Source: Candidatus Eiseniibacteriota bacterium (GTDB lineage Bacteria > Eisenbacteria > RBG-16-71-46 > CAZAMP01). From it: a DNA stretch of 64,000 nucleotides. The stretch lies in the NCBI GenBank assembly GCA_965224245.1, contig OZ245046.1, positions 288,001 to 352,000 of the forward strand, read 5' to 3'. Below, piece by piece: positions 40,423 to 50,183 of this stretch. Below the pieces are notes generated by a model, which was given only the letters and a program-made list of their open reading frames with translations, made no database searches and was not told where the DNA came from. Made by a program: the position numbers and the translations under genes. Each line of letters starts with the position of its first letter. The first letter of the stretch is position 1.

Positions 40423-41760
40423 ATGCGGACGCTGACCCTCGCCGTCTCGATCGCACTGTCTATCCCCCGACCGGGCCTCGCCGCCACGTACACGATCCGC
40501 CCCGATGGAACCGGAGACTATCCCACGATCCAGGACGCGCTGGACGTCGCGATCGACGGCGACGTCGTCGAGCTCACCGACGGTCTGTTCGAAGGGGACG
40601 GGAACCGGGATCTGGATCCGCGCGGCGTCGCGGTCACGATTCGCTCGGTCTCCGGCCACGCATCGGCCTGTGTGATCTACCCCGCGAACGCCGGACGCGG
40701 ATTCCTCTTCGACGACGGCGAGGGGCCCGGCACGCGCGTGGAGCGCGTCACGATCTTCGACGGGTTCGCCAGCCGAATCGGTGGCGGCGTGCTCTGTGAC
40801 GGCGCCTCGCCGACGTTCGTCGGGGTTCGCATCGAGAGCTGCCTGGCATCGGCGCCGAGCAAGAGCACGGCGGGAGTCGGCGGCGCGATCGCCTGCATCA
40901 ACGGCTCGGGCCTCGACTTCAGCGACGGCGAGATCGTGGACAACATCGCACAGGCAACGTGGTCGGCGGACGGGGGCGGCATCTACGCCGATGCCTCGTC
41001 GTCGGTTCGTCTCGTGGACGTCGTCCTTCGCGACAATCGCACCAACACGAGCGACGTCTTCGGGGGAACGGGTGGAGCGTTCCTCCTCGGCCCGGCGGAG
41101 CTCGAGCGCGTCGTCGTCGAGAACAACTACGCGCGTGGGCTCTATCTCGGCGGACCGGCGTCGGTCGCATCGTGTGTCATCCGGGGAAATCCCGGGGGCG
41201 AGGGATCGGCGAGCGCCGTGGCAACCGGGTCCGACGAGGTCACGTTCGTCGACTGCCTCGTCTCGGACAACTCGGGACTCGGCTCCGCCACGGTCTCCGT
41301 CGGGGGGGTCGCTCACTTCGTGGCATGCACGATCGCGTCAAACGGAGACACGTACGTGTGGCGCGGCGGTGGAGGGCTGTTCGTCCGCGACGGCGGGGAC
41401 GTGACCCTGCATCGGACGATCGTCTGGGGCAACTGTGCGCCCGGATACGCCGACGACGTCCACGTCGAGCCCGAAGGTGCCCTGTCGGCGACGTGCTCGG
41501 TGCTCGACCCGGACAGGATCGTGGCGCTCGGGACGCTGGAGCTCGCGTCCGACGTCTTCGCCGCCGATCCACTCTTCTGCGGGCCGAGCGCGTGCGACGT
41601 GCGCGAGCCCTACGGCGACTTCTCCCTGGCCGGGGACTCTCCGTGCCGAGCCGAGGCGAGCCCCTGCGGCGAGCGTATCGGGGCGCTGCCCGTCGAGTGC
41701 GGGAGCTCGACGGCGACCCGTCGGACGTCCTGGTCGGGGCTGAGAGATGGCTTCCGCTGA
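40423..41760 (+). CDS. Secreted right-handed beta-helix (pectin-lyase/Pmp-like) protein with short TSWSGLR tail
   Basis: AGGAG RBS; PDGTGDYPTIQDA; GGA/GGG repeats; DPLFC...SPC...CGERIGA; ends STATRRTSWSGLRDGFR. Confidence 0.85.
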   Translation: MRTLTLAVSIALSIPRPGLAATYTIRPDGTGDYPTIQDALDVAIDGDVVELTDGLFEGDGNRDLDPRGVAVTIRSVSGHASACVIYPANAGRGFLFDDGEGPGTRVERVTIFDGFASRIGGGVLCDGASPTFVGVRIESCLASAPSKSTAGVGGAIACINGSGLDFSDGEIVDNIAQATWSADGGGIYADASSSVRLVDVVLRDNRTNTSDVFGGTGGAFLLGPAELERVVVENNYARGLYLGGPASVASCVIRGNPGGEGSASAVATGSDEVTFVDCLVSDNSGLGSATVSVGGVAHFVACTIASNGDTYVWRGGGGLFVRDGGDVTLHRTIVWGNCAPGYADDVHVEPEGALSATCSVLDPDRIVALGTLELASDVFAADPLFCGPSACDVREPYGDFSLAGDSPCRAEASPCGERIGALPVECGSSTATRRTSWSGLRDGFR

Positions 41761-41861
41761 CGCGCGGGCCCGCCGCGCACTCCCAGATGCGGATCGTCGA
41801 CGATGTAGGTCTTGAAGCCCGAACACCGTGGTCGGGAGAACCGTCGTTCCCCGATCCCTCG

Positions 41862-44800
41862 ATGCGAGGTGATGTGCTCTCTCGACGCTCAAACACCCGG
41901 TCGATGCTCGGCGTCGCGCTGGGGTTCGTGGCGATCGTGCCGACCATGGACGCGCACGGGCGGACCTGGCACGTGCTCGCGGATGGCACCGGCGACGCGC
42001 CCACCATTCAGGCGGCGGTCGACTCGGCGCAGGCGGGCGACGAGGTGCTCGTGGGGCCCGGCCGGTACGGATGGCGCGGTCAGGGTGCGAGTGGCACCCA
42101 CATGGTCACCGTGGATGTTCCGATCTGGCTCCACTCCGAGAGTGGTGAAGACCTGACGATCATCGATGGCGAGCTCGAGGGCGGTCTGATCCAGGTCGAG
42201 GCGTCCGGTGGAACCACGACGATCGAGGGCTTCGTGCTGACCCGCGGGCGGTACGGCGGTGCCACGGGGTCGGTGGTCCGAGCGGTCGATTCCCGGGTCG
42301 TGATCCAGGGCAATCTCGTGACGTCGTGCTCGGGTGCCACGGTGTACGCGTCCTCGGGCAGCGTCGACGTCATCGACAATCGCTTCACGGGGAACCCGGG
42401 CTACGTTCGCCTCTCCTTCGGCGAACACACGATCTCCGGCAACGAGTTCGTGGGGGGCACTTTCTGGGTGCTGTTCGCGACGTCGACCGACGACCCGATC
42501 GAGATCGCCGACAACGTCTTCGCCGACAACGTGGCCTCACCGATCGTGTGGATGCGCGGTGATGGGGTCGTCGTCCGCGATTGCGTCTTCCGCGACAACA
42601 CGGGCTCCTCGGGCACCGGGATCGTGCACGCGACCTCGGGAAGTCTCATCGGATGCACGTTCGTGGCGAACGACCTGAACGACGGCCCGGTGATCGACGT
42701 CGTCGATCGCGTCCTGATGGATCGATGCATCGTCGCGAACACGCGCGGCGGGCCCGTCGCCCGGGGTGACGCCGGCACCCGCGTCACCGCGCGGTGCTGC
42801 TGCCTGTACGACAACCCCGCGGGTAGCTGGGTCGGTCCTCTCGACGGCAAGGACGGAACGGACGGCAACTTCACGGGGGTGCCGCGGTTCTGCGATCCGG
42901 ACGGAGCGGATTTCCGACTGGCCTCGAACTCGCCGTGTCTTCCCGGCAATCATCCCACGGGCGTGGCCTGCGGTCAGATCGGCGCGCTCGGACCCGGGTG
43001 CGCCGCGATCGAGCCCACGATCTGGCACGTCACCCCCGATGGCACCGGAGACGTGCCCACGATCGGCGACGCCATGGCGCTGGCGCGCACCGGCGATCAG
43101 ATCTGGCTCGATCCCGGCACGTACACGCGAGCCACGGAAGGCACCGCGGCAGCCGATCTCATCACGATGCGACCCGGCGTCCGGCTGCGGGGTCCGGGAG
43201 GGCCGAGCCTGACTCACATCGATGCCGAGGGAAGCGGGCGTGGCATTCGTGTCGCTCTGGGCGACGAGCTGACCGTGGTCGAAGGAGTCACGTTGCGCGG
43301 TGGCAATGCCGACTCCGGTGGTGGCGCGAGTGTGGAGGCGGGGTATGCCCAGTTCGAGAACGTGGTGTTCGAGGACAACGAGGCCGCCGGCTCCGGCGGC
43401 GCGCTGTCGGCGATCGACGCGTCTGTGGTGAGGTTGGAGAACACGCGTTTCGTGTCGAACCACAGTCTCCAGAGCGGTGGGGCGCTCGCGCTCGACGGGG
43501 GTGTGATCGAGCTCGTGGAGTGCGAGTTCTCGAGCAATTCGGCCGACGTCGACGGCGGCGCAGTGACGAACGAGAGAGGCCGGATCGAGGCACGGGAGAC
43601 GTCATTCGTGTCGAACACGGCCGCATCGCGGGGTGGGGCCGTCTTCCTGCGTCGAGGCGCCGTCTTCGAGGCATGCACGTTCCGGCTGAACGACGCGCTC
43701 GAGGGCGGTGCGATCTCCGCACGCGCGTTGACCGATGATGGGGTCACGATCTCCGGGTGCGACGTCGTGTCGAACACCGCCACCAGAGGGGGTGGCCTGC
43801 ACGTGTACGGGCTATGGTCGGGGCGACTCGACGTCGACGGCACGGTGTTCTTCGAGAACTCGGCCGGACAGGGTGGAGGGCTGTACCTCGCGTGGTGTGA
43901 GGATGCGGTTCAGGTGACCGGTACGACGCTCTACGGAAACACGGCGTCGGATGGGGCGCAGCTCTTCGTGCAGTCGGCATCGCCCGGAGTCTCGACCAGC
44001 ATCATCGCCTACGGGACGGGCGGACCGGCGATCGCTTGCGACGACTCGGGGGCCGGCGCCATGCCGTTCTTCACGTGCACCGATGCCTTCGGCAACGACG
44101 GAGGAGACGAGCTGTGCGGGGAGCTCGGCGCCGGCAACTTCTCGGCGGACCCGGCCTTGTGCGGGACGAGCCCGGATCTCCTGGGGCTGGATGCCGACTC
44201 GCCGTGTCTGGCCGGCAGTCACCCGGACGGGCTCGACTGCGGCCTCATCGGCGCGCGCGATCTCGCGTGCGGGGCTGCGCGCAACTTCCTCGTTCTCGCC
44301 GACGGCACCGGAGAGTTCTCCACGATCCAGGCCGCGATGAACGAGGCCGCGAACCGGGACACGATCACACTGGGTGCCGGTGAGTTCCGGGGCGACGGCA
44401 ACCGCGACGTGCACTTCCTCGGCAAGAACGTCATCGTTCGCTCACTGTCGGACGATCCGGCGTCCTCGATCATCGACTGCGAGGGGACCGACACCGATCC
44501 GCACAGAGGCTTCGTGTTCGATGGCCCGGAGGGACGCGTCGCGAGCGTGCGCGTGGTCACGATCCGCAACGGGAACGTCGTGTCACATGCCGATCCCGAC
44601 GGCGGGGCCATCCGGTGCGCGGCCGGGGCATCCCCGACCCTCGACCGCTGCCGGTTCGAGGCCAACGTTGCGATGTCCGGCGGCGCGATCTCGTCGGTGG
44701 CCGGCGATCCGGTCGTCGACGGCGGAATCTTCGTCGACAACGTCGCCATGGACGACGGTGGTGCGCTCCTCCTGGCTGGCTCCGGGACCGTCCGAGGGTC

Positions 44801-45614
44801 ACGCTTCGAAGGCAACCAGGCCCGACGGGGCGGGGCCGTCCACGCGGCATCCGGAGAGGTGACCGTCGACGGTTGCACGCTGGTCGAGAATGCCGCCAGC
44901 GAGAGTGGGGGAGCGCTCAGCGCGATCGACCAGATCCTGTCGATCCGGTCGTCCACCCTCGTCGCGAACGGGGCGCCGGTCGGTGGCGGTGCGTACGCGG
45001 CGGGAGGCACCCTGGACGTCGAGAACACGATCGTCGCCTTCGCCACCGCCGGGTCGGATCTCGCGTGCGACCCATCGACGACAACGATCGCCGTGGTCTG
45101 TTCGGACTTCTTCGGTAACGCCGGTGGCGACTGGACCGACCCCTGCCTCGTCGATCAGCTGGGAGCGGACGGCAACATCTCGGCCGACCCGCTCTTCTGC
45201 GGGGAGTCGCTCGGAGATCGGCGATTCGCACTGCGCGACGACTCCCCATGCGCCGAGTTTGCCACCGCCTGTGGCCGGATGGGGGCCTGGTCGAGTGGCT
45301 GCGAGATCGTGGGGATCGCGCAGGTGCCGGCGATGCCGCGACGTCTCGTACGCGTGGTGCCGAACCCGACCAACCCATCGGCTCGCTTCGTCTTCCACGC
45401 GGAGCCGGCCGGGGCTCCGGTGACGCTCACGATGTACGATGCGCTCGGACGCCGAGTTCGCGAGGTGACCTCGACGACGTCGAGCGCGGGAGAGACGGCG
45501 CTGTTCTGGGATGGACACGACCGGCACGGGAGATCCCTCCCCAGTGGCGTGTACTTCTTCAGGCTCGAGGTAGCGGGGCGGATCGAGACCGGATCGGTTC
45601 GTCTCGTACGGTGA
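41862..45614 (+). CDS. Large secreted protein with three beta-helix modules and FlgD-Ig tail (start approximate)
   Basis: Three DGTG-x-x-x-TI starts; GGA(I/V/L) and FxxN repeats; PNP...WDG...SGVYFFRL. Confidence 0.87.
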   Translation: MRGDVLSRRSNTRSMLGVALGFVAIVPTMDAHGRTWHVLADGTGDAPTIQAAVDSAQAGDEVLVGPGRYGWRGQGASGTHMVTVDVPIWLHSESGEDLTIIDGELEGGLIQVEASGGTTTIEGFVLTRGRYGGATGSVVRAVDSRVVIQGNLVTSCSGATVYASSGSVDVIDNRFTGNPGYVRLSFGEHTISGNEFVGGTFWVLFATSTDDPIEIADNVFADNVASPIVWMRGDGVVVRDCVFRDNTGSSGTGIVHATSGSLIGCTFVANDLNDGPVIDVVDRVLMDRCIVANTRGGPVARGDAGTRVTARCCCLYDNPAGSWVGPLDGKDGTDGNFTGVPRFCDPDGADFRLASNSPCLPGNHPTGVACGQIGALGPGCAAIEPTIWHVTPDGTGDVPTIGDAMALARTGDQIWLDPGTYTRATEGTAAADLITMRPGVRLRGPGGPSLTHIDAEGSGRGIRVALGDELTVVEGVTLRGGNADSGGGASVEAGYAQFENVVFEDNEAAGSGGALSAIDASVVRLENTRFVSNHSLQSGGALALDGGVIELVECEFSSNSADVDGGAVTNERGRIEARETSFVSNTAASRGGAVFLRRGAVFEACTFRLNDALEGGAISARALTDDGVTISGCDVVSNTATRGGGLHVYGLWSGRLDVDGTVFFENSAGQGGGLYLAWCEDAVQVTGTTLYGNTASDGAQLFVQSASPGVSTSIIAYGTGGPAIACDDSGAGAMPFFTCTDAFGNDGGDELCGELGAGNFSADPALCGTSPDLLGLDADSPCLAGSHPDGLDCGLIGARDLACGAARNFLVLADGTGEFSTIQAAMNEAANRDTITLGAGEFRGDGNRDVHFLGKNVIVRSLSDDPASSIIDCEGTDTDPHRGFVFDGPEGRVASVRVVTIRNGNVVSHADPDGGAIRCAAGASPTLDRCRFEANVAMSGGAISSVAGDPVVDGGIFVDNVAMDDGGALLLAGSGTVRGSRFEGNQARRGGAVHAASGEVTVDGCTLVENAASESGGALSAIDQILSIRSSTLVANGAPVGGGAYAAGGTLDVENTIVAFATAGSDLACDPSTTTIAVVCSDFFGNAGGDWTDPCLVDQLGADGNISADPLFCGESLGDRRFALRDDSPCAEFATACGRMGAWSSGCEIVGIAQVPAMPRRLVRVVPNPTNPSARFVFHAEPAGAPVTLTMYDALGRRVREVTSTTSSAGETALFWDGHDRHGRSLPSGVYFFRLEVAGRIETGSVRLVR

Positions 45615-45672
45615 TCTCGAGGAGTGCCGGGGGCGGCGAGCGGCGCACATCAACCGAGCGCGGCCCGTGCGA

Positions 45673-46362
45673 CTAGGGGGATCCTCCGCCGTACAGCGCT
45701 CTCAACTGCCCCCAGGTCGAGGCACGAACCGGCGTGTCGTTCAGCTCGTCGTAGAGCACGATGAACGCGCTCTCGGCCGCGTACCCGAACAGCGACTCGA
45801 CCGGCACCCAACTCGGGAAGCCGAAGGTCGCGGAACGCACCCACGCCTGCTGACCGTTTCCTTGGCCCGCCGACCACGCCCAGATGGGAGGAGAGCACAG
45901 GTTGGCCACGATCGAGACGAAGTACGACGTGCCCGCTAGCCCCTCGAACGTGTCGGAGGCGACGCAGTAAGAGTACGGCTCGCCGGCCGTCTCGTTGAAC
46001 TCGGTGGTCTCGACCGCGTGCACGACGTCTCCCGGAGAGCCGCCGTCGTTCTCGTAGAAGGTCAACGTGAACGAGTTCGGCGTGATGTGGTCTCCGTAGA
46101 CCTCCTCACCCCACCATCCGACGCCGACCAGCCGGGCTCCCGACATGGTGAACACGAAGTCGTCGGCGCATTCGATCCGGGTCGGGTAGCAGACGTCGTC
46201 GTCCGACAGAAGCGGCTCGCCACCGGTGGGCAGCTGAAACCACTCGACGTCGCCCTCACAGTCGAACACGTCCAGCACGTCGGCAGCGGCGGGACCGGGC
46301 ATGCCGACCGCCACGGCCATTCCGCCCAGCCAGACGAGCCGTGCAATCTGTATCGTACGCAT
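45673..46362 (-). CDS. Secreted hypothetical protein with STWGQLRALY tail
   Basis: Signal peptide; W.QLP...ADDF...WWG; C-terminus TPVRASTWGQLRALY. Confidence 0.75.
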   Translation of the reverse strand: MRTIQIARLVWLGGMAVAVGMPGPAAADVLDVFDCEGDVEWFQLPTGGEPLLSDDDVCYPTRIECADDFVFTMSGARLVGVGWWGEEVYGDHITPNSFTLTFYENDGGSPGDVVHAVETTEFNETAGEPYSYCVASDTFEGLAGTSYFVSIVANLCSPPIWAWSAGQGNGQQAWVRSATFGFPSWVPVESLFGYAAESAFIVLYDELNDTPVRASTWGQLRALYGGGSP

Positions 46363-46578
46363 CTTCTGACCCCACTCGAGAGCGACATGTCGTGGCATTA
46401 TCGCACGACTCGGGCGTGTCGTGCGGCTCACCGACCCGTTACAGTGGCCTGCGGACCAGCGGGTCGGGTCCGGGCGAGCGATTCCTCATCATCGCCCTGC
46501 ATGAAGTCGATCCAGGTGTGAGACGCCGTGAGGTCCGGCCTCGAAGGGGGTTCGGAGCCGTCGGAAGGAGCTCGTTCA

Positions 46579-48477
46579 ATGCCGGGTGTCGTTGGCCTGG
46601 TTCGCCGGGATCGAGGTGTCGCATCGCTCGAGCCGGCGCTCCGGAGCCTCTCGCATCTTCCCACATATCACACGCGAGAGATCCCGCTCGCGCCGGGCGT
46701 CGTGCTCGGCGAGGCACTGCCTCGCGAGCCGATCGGAGCCGCCGAGCCCACGTGGGCCCTCGATGGGGCCGGCGAGACCGGTGTGCTCGTCGGGGGACAC
46801 GTGCTCCTCGACGGAGACCACCCCCGCCGGCTCTCGGCCCGGGACATCCTCTCCGACGTCCAGCGACACGGGTTCGACGTACTGTCGTCGTACGACGGGA
46901 GCTTCTGCGTCGTCGTCGTGAACCTGGTGAGCCGGGAGCTGCACGTCGTCAACGATCGGCTGGGGCTGCTCCCGATCTACTATCGCCACGACGACGAGGT
47001 CTTCGCGTTCGGCCCCGAGGCGAAGGCGGTGACCCTCGCGACCGGGAAGCCGGTCCGGCTGGACGAGATCGGGCTGCTCAACTTCATCTCCGCCGGCTAC
47101 TGCTATCACGACCGAACGGTCTTCGACGAGATCCGGGTGCTCACCCCGGGGACCCACCTCACGCTCGACCTGGACGCGCTGACGCTCACGCGGCGCCGGC
47201 ACTGGCGGATGGTCTTCGAGCGGGATCCCGATCTCGACGATCGCACGCGAGCAGAGGACGCGCTGCACGACGCGCTCCTGAGAGCCCACGAGCTCGCACT
47301 CGCGGACGCCGGTGACGACGTCGATCTGCTTCTGTCCGGTGGCCTCGACTCCCGGGGCATCCTGGCGTTTCTTCGCGAGCTCGATCGACTGCCCCGCCGC
47401 GCGCTCTCGTTCGGGCTCTCCGACGCATATCCCAACTCGGACGGCTGGCTCGCCCGGCGCATGGCCGCCCACTGTGGCGTCCCGTTCGAGTTCCTCTCCT
47501 TCGACACCGACGCGTTCGCCGGCCAGGCGGAACGGTGGTGTGCGATCTCCGAGCTCGCCAACGACAACGTCGGCTGGTACGCGGAGGGCGTCGGCGCCCT
47601 CACGAGCTTCTTCTCGGTCGCCGGCGACTTCACGCTGGTCGGCGACGAGACCTGGGGCGGCAACGGCTGGGTCTTCAGTCGAGACGAGGCGATCGCGATC
47701 AACTTCCCCGGCGTGTATCCGCGCCCCCTCGACGAGGCGCTGCGCGCCGATCGTGTTCCGGGGCTCCTGGCGGCCTACCGGGCGCTGATCGATCGGAGTC
47801 TCGCCGAGGACGTGTCCACCGACTGGCTCGACACGAAAGACTATCTCTACACCCACGTGCGATTGGCCCGCTTCATCGGGGCCGTGGGCTACTGGAAGGA
47901 GATCGCGACCCCGATCCGGCGGCCGTTCCTGGCCAATCGCGTCGTCGAGGTGATCCGGCGGATGCCCGGTCGGTATCGGAATCACAAGGGCCTCTACGTC
48001 AGCATGCTCCGGCGCCGCTTCCCCGACCTCGCCGCTTTCCCGGGAATGAAGGTCAGCGGGCTCCCCGACTGGCGATACGACATCCGGCGTCGACCCGGCG
48101 TGACCGAGCACTTCCGTGCCCTTCTCAATCCCGATCGCGTGCTGGCGGGCCCTCTCGGCCGTGCCTTCGATCCCGACGCCTATCGCCGGATCCACGATCG
48201 CTTCCTCGACGGGGACGCTCGGGCCACCGCGCGCAGCCGAGGGCCCGGCGCGTACCTGATGCGATGGGCGCTGCGCTCGTTCGGGGCGACGCGCGGCTAC
48301 GCCGAGGCGGTGCGGCTCTACAAGCGATTCGCGGGGGGAACGGCGAACGCCGTCATCGGCGACTACGAGTTCCTTCGCCGCGTGGCGCTGGTGAGCCTGC
48401 TCGACTCGGTGTTGCCGGCGTTCGAGAGTGACGGCGCCCGACGTGCCGTGCCCGGACAGCGGTCGCGATCGGCGTAG
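46579..48477 (+). CDS. Asparagine-synthetase-related protein
   Basis: AAGGAG RBS; DRLGLLPIYY; LSGGLDSR PP-loop; RPFL; N-terminus MPGVVG. Confidence 0.85.
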   Translation: MPGVVGLVRRDRGVASLEPALRSLSHLPTYHTREIPLAPGVVLGEALPREPIGAAEPTWALDGAGETGVLVGGHVLLDGDHPRRLSARDILSDVQRHGFDVLSSYDGSFCVVVVNLVSRELHVVNDRLGLLPIYYRHDDEVFAFGPEAKAVTLATGKPVRLDEIGLLNFISAGYCYHDRTVFDEIRVLTPGTHLTLDLDALTLTRRRHWRMVFERDPDLDDRTRAEDALHDALLRAHELALADAGDDVDLLLSGGLDSRGILAFLRELDRLPRRALSFGLSDAYPNSDGWLARRMAAHCGVPFEFLSFDTDAFAGQAERWCAISELANDNVGWYAEGVGALTSFFSVAGDFTLVGDETWGGNGWVFSRDEAIAINFPGVYPRPLDEALRADRVPGLLAAYRALIDRSLAEDVSTDWLDTKDYLYTHVRLARFIGAVGYWKEIATPIRRPFLANRVVEVIRRMPGRYRNHKGLYVSMLRRRFPDLAAFPGMKVSGLPDWRYDIRRRPGVTEHFRALLNPDRVLAGPLGRAFDPDAYRRIHDRFLDGDARATARSRGPGAYLMRWALRSFGATRGYAEAVRLYKRFAGGTANAVIGDYEFLRRVALVSLLDSVLPAFESDGARRAVPGQRSRSA

Positions 48478-48555
48478 CCTCGTGCTCCCGAGCGGATCGT
48501 GGCGCAGGAGTCGCCACGAGACCGATCCATCGGCGGCGTCAACCGGGCGCGGTCG

Positions 48556-49926
48556 TCAGGGCAGCCTCACGATCCGGCGTACGAACGTCCGGTCGTCCAC
48601 GAGGACGTGGAGAAAGTAGATCCCCGCTGCGGCGGGGCGCCCGCCGGGCCGGTGTCCATCCCAGGCGAGAACGTGCGTGCCGGTCGCCAGCGGCGAATCC
48701 AGCACCGTGGAGACGACCCGACCGCTCACCGAGAAGACTCGAGCGCGAACGCGAGCGGCGGACGGCAGCGCGAGCCGGAACACACCGCGGTCGCGCGACG
48801 GATTCGGCCCCAGCCGGGTCAGCGCGACCGCCGGGCGGGTCTCCGGCGGCACGCCGACCGTCGCATCGGGGAGCCGGGCCAGCCATGCCTCGGTGTTGCC
48901 GTCGGGGTTCCGGCCGTATCCGACGATCGTCCGTCCATCGGCGGACACGTCGGTCGCGCTCTGAAGGAGCCACGACGAGAGGTCGATCCCCTCGTCGGCC
49001 AGCACGTCGGCGACACGGCGGATCCCGTGCGTCGCGTCCCACACGATGGCCGGCGAGCCCACCGCCACCGAGCCGTCGGCCGACACCGCCTCGAACCAGG
49101 CACCGCCTCCGGCCCCGTGAAGCGGGTCGGGCCGCACGTAGCCGGTCTCCTCGCGCCAGAGCCACGGCTCGCTCGTCCCGCCGATGTGCGCGTCGCCGAC
49201 GACGGTCGTGCCGTCCTCGGAGATCCCCCAGGCCAGCGCGTAGGGGTCCCCATCCGGCACGTCGCCCAGCGAGTCGAGCCCGGTGGCCTCGGTCCAGATC
49301 ATGGGCTCGACGTCGAAGCCGTGGTGGAAGCTGAAGCCCGCGAGGATCGACCCGTCCGCCGACGAGGCGGTCATGAAGCTGTCGTGGAGCGTCGACGGAA
49401 GCCACCCCAGCGGCTCGAACCCTGCCGTCTCCGTCCAGCGAAACGCCTGGTTGGCCGGCTCCGCCGCCGACTCCGCAACGCCGACGATCGTCGTCCCGTC
49501 CGAGGACAGGTCAAGGGGGCGGGCCTGGACGAGGATGCCCGTCGTGTCCGGGACCTCGACGAGCCCACTCGATGCCGTCCAGACGATGGGCCAGGGACCG
49601 CTTCCCGAGAGCACGATCCGTGATCCATCGGCGGACACGCCGAGAGCGCGACTATCCGGAGGAGATGCGAGGCCACCCAGACCGACCAGCCCGTCGCTCG
49701 TCGTCCAGCGGAAGGCCTCGTCGGGATCGCCCTCCGACGAGGACCGGCTGTACCCGACGACGGTGGTGCCGTCCGCCGAGACGGCGGTCGCGATGCTGTG
49801 AAACGCACCGCCCGGCAGATCTCCGAGAGGGACGAAAGCCGCGGACCCGGTGGCGCCGGCGTACCCGCTCGTGCACGCCGTGGCCGCCGTCGTGAGCAGC
49901 GCGACAACCGGTGGGAAGGGACGCAC
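48556..49926 (-). CDS. Secreted HAF-repeat-like protein with FlgD-Ig tail
   Basis: LGDLPGG, repeated A..VSADG..VVG / AFRWT; PNP...WDG...AGIYF. Confidence 0.85.
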   Translation of the reverse strand: MRPFPPVVALLTTAATACTSGYAGATGSAAFVPLGDLPGGAFHSIATAVSADGTTVVGYSRSSSEGDPDEAFRWTTSDGLVGLGGLASPPDSRALGVSADGSRIVLSGSGPWPIVWTASSGLVEVPDTTGILVQARPLDLSSDGTTIVGVAESAAEPANQAFRWTETAGFEPLGWLPSTLHDSFMTASSADGSILAGFSFHHGFDVEPMIWTEATGLDSLGDVPDGDPYALAWGISEDGTTVVGDAHIGGTSEPWLWREETGYVRPDPLHGAGGGAWFEAVSADGSVAVGSPAIVWDATHGIRRVADVLADEGIDLSSWLLQSATDVSADGRTIVGYGRNPDGNTEAWLARLPDATVGVPPETRPAVALTRLGPNPSRDRGVFRLALPSAARVRARVFSVSGRVVSTVLDSPLATGTHVLAWDGHRPGGRPAAAGIYFLHVLVDDRTFVRRIVRLP

Positions 49927-50183
49927 AGGCGATGCTCCGCTGTCGTGGGACCGCTCGGGTCCGAGGGTGGTCGGACGACACGCTGGCGATGGGCGCGGCC
50001 TCGCGGCCGGCCTCCATCGATTCAGACGCGCGGCTGAACCGGATGATACCTCCCCGCCGCCCGCGCGTGGCGAGCTCGGCGCTCGCCGGAGACGTGACGG
50101 CGCTCGACGGGCGATGACGCGAAGAGGGGACGCAGGCGACCGGTCGGTCGCCTGCGTCCCCGGTGCGTTCGCCGGCGGTCCGG

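Noticed and set aside
46579-48477. Lasso-peptide cluster
   Set aside because: No B1/B2 maturation genes or precursor peptide seen nearby.
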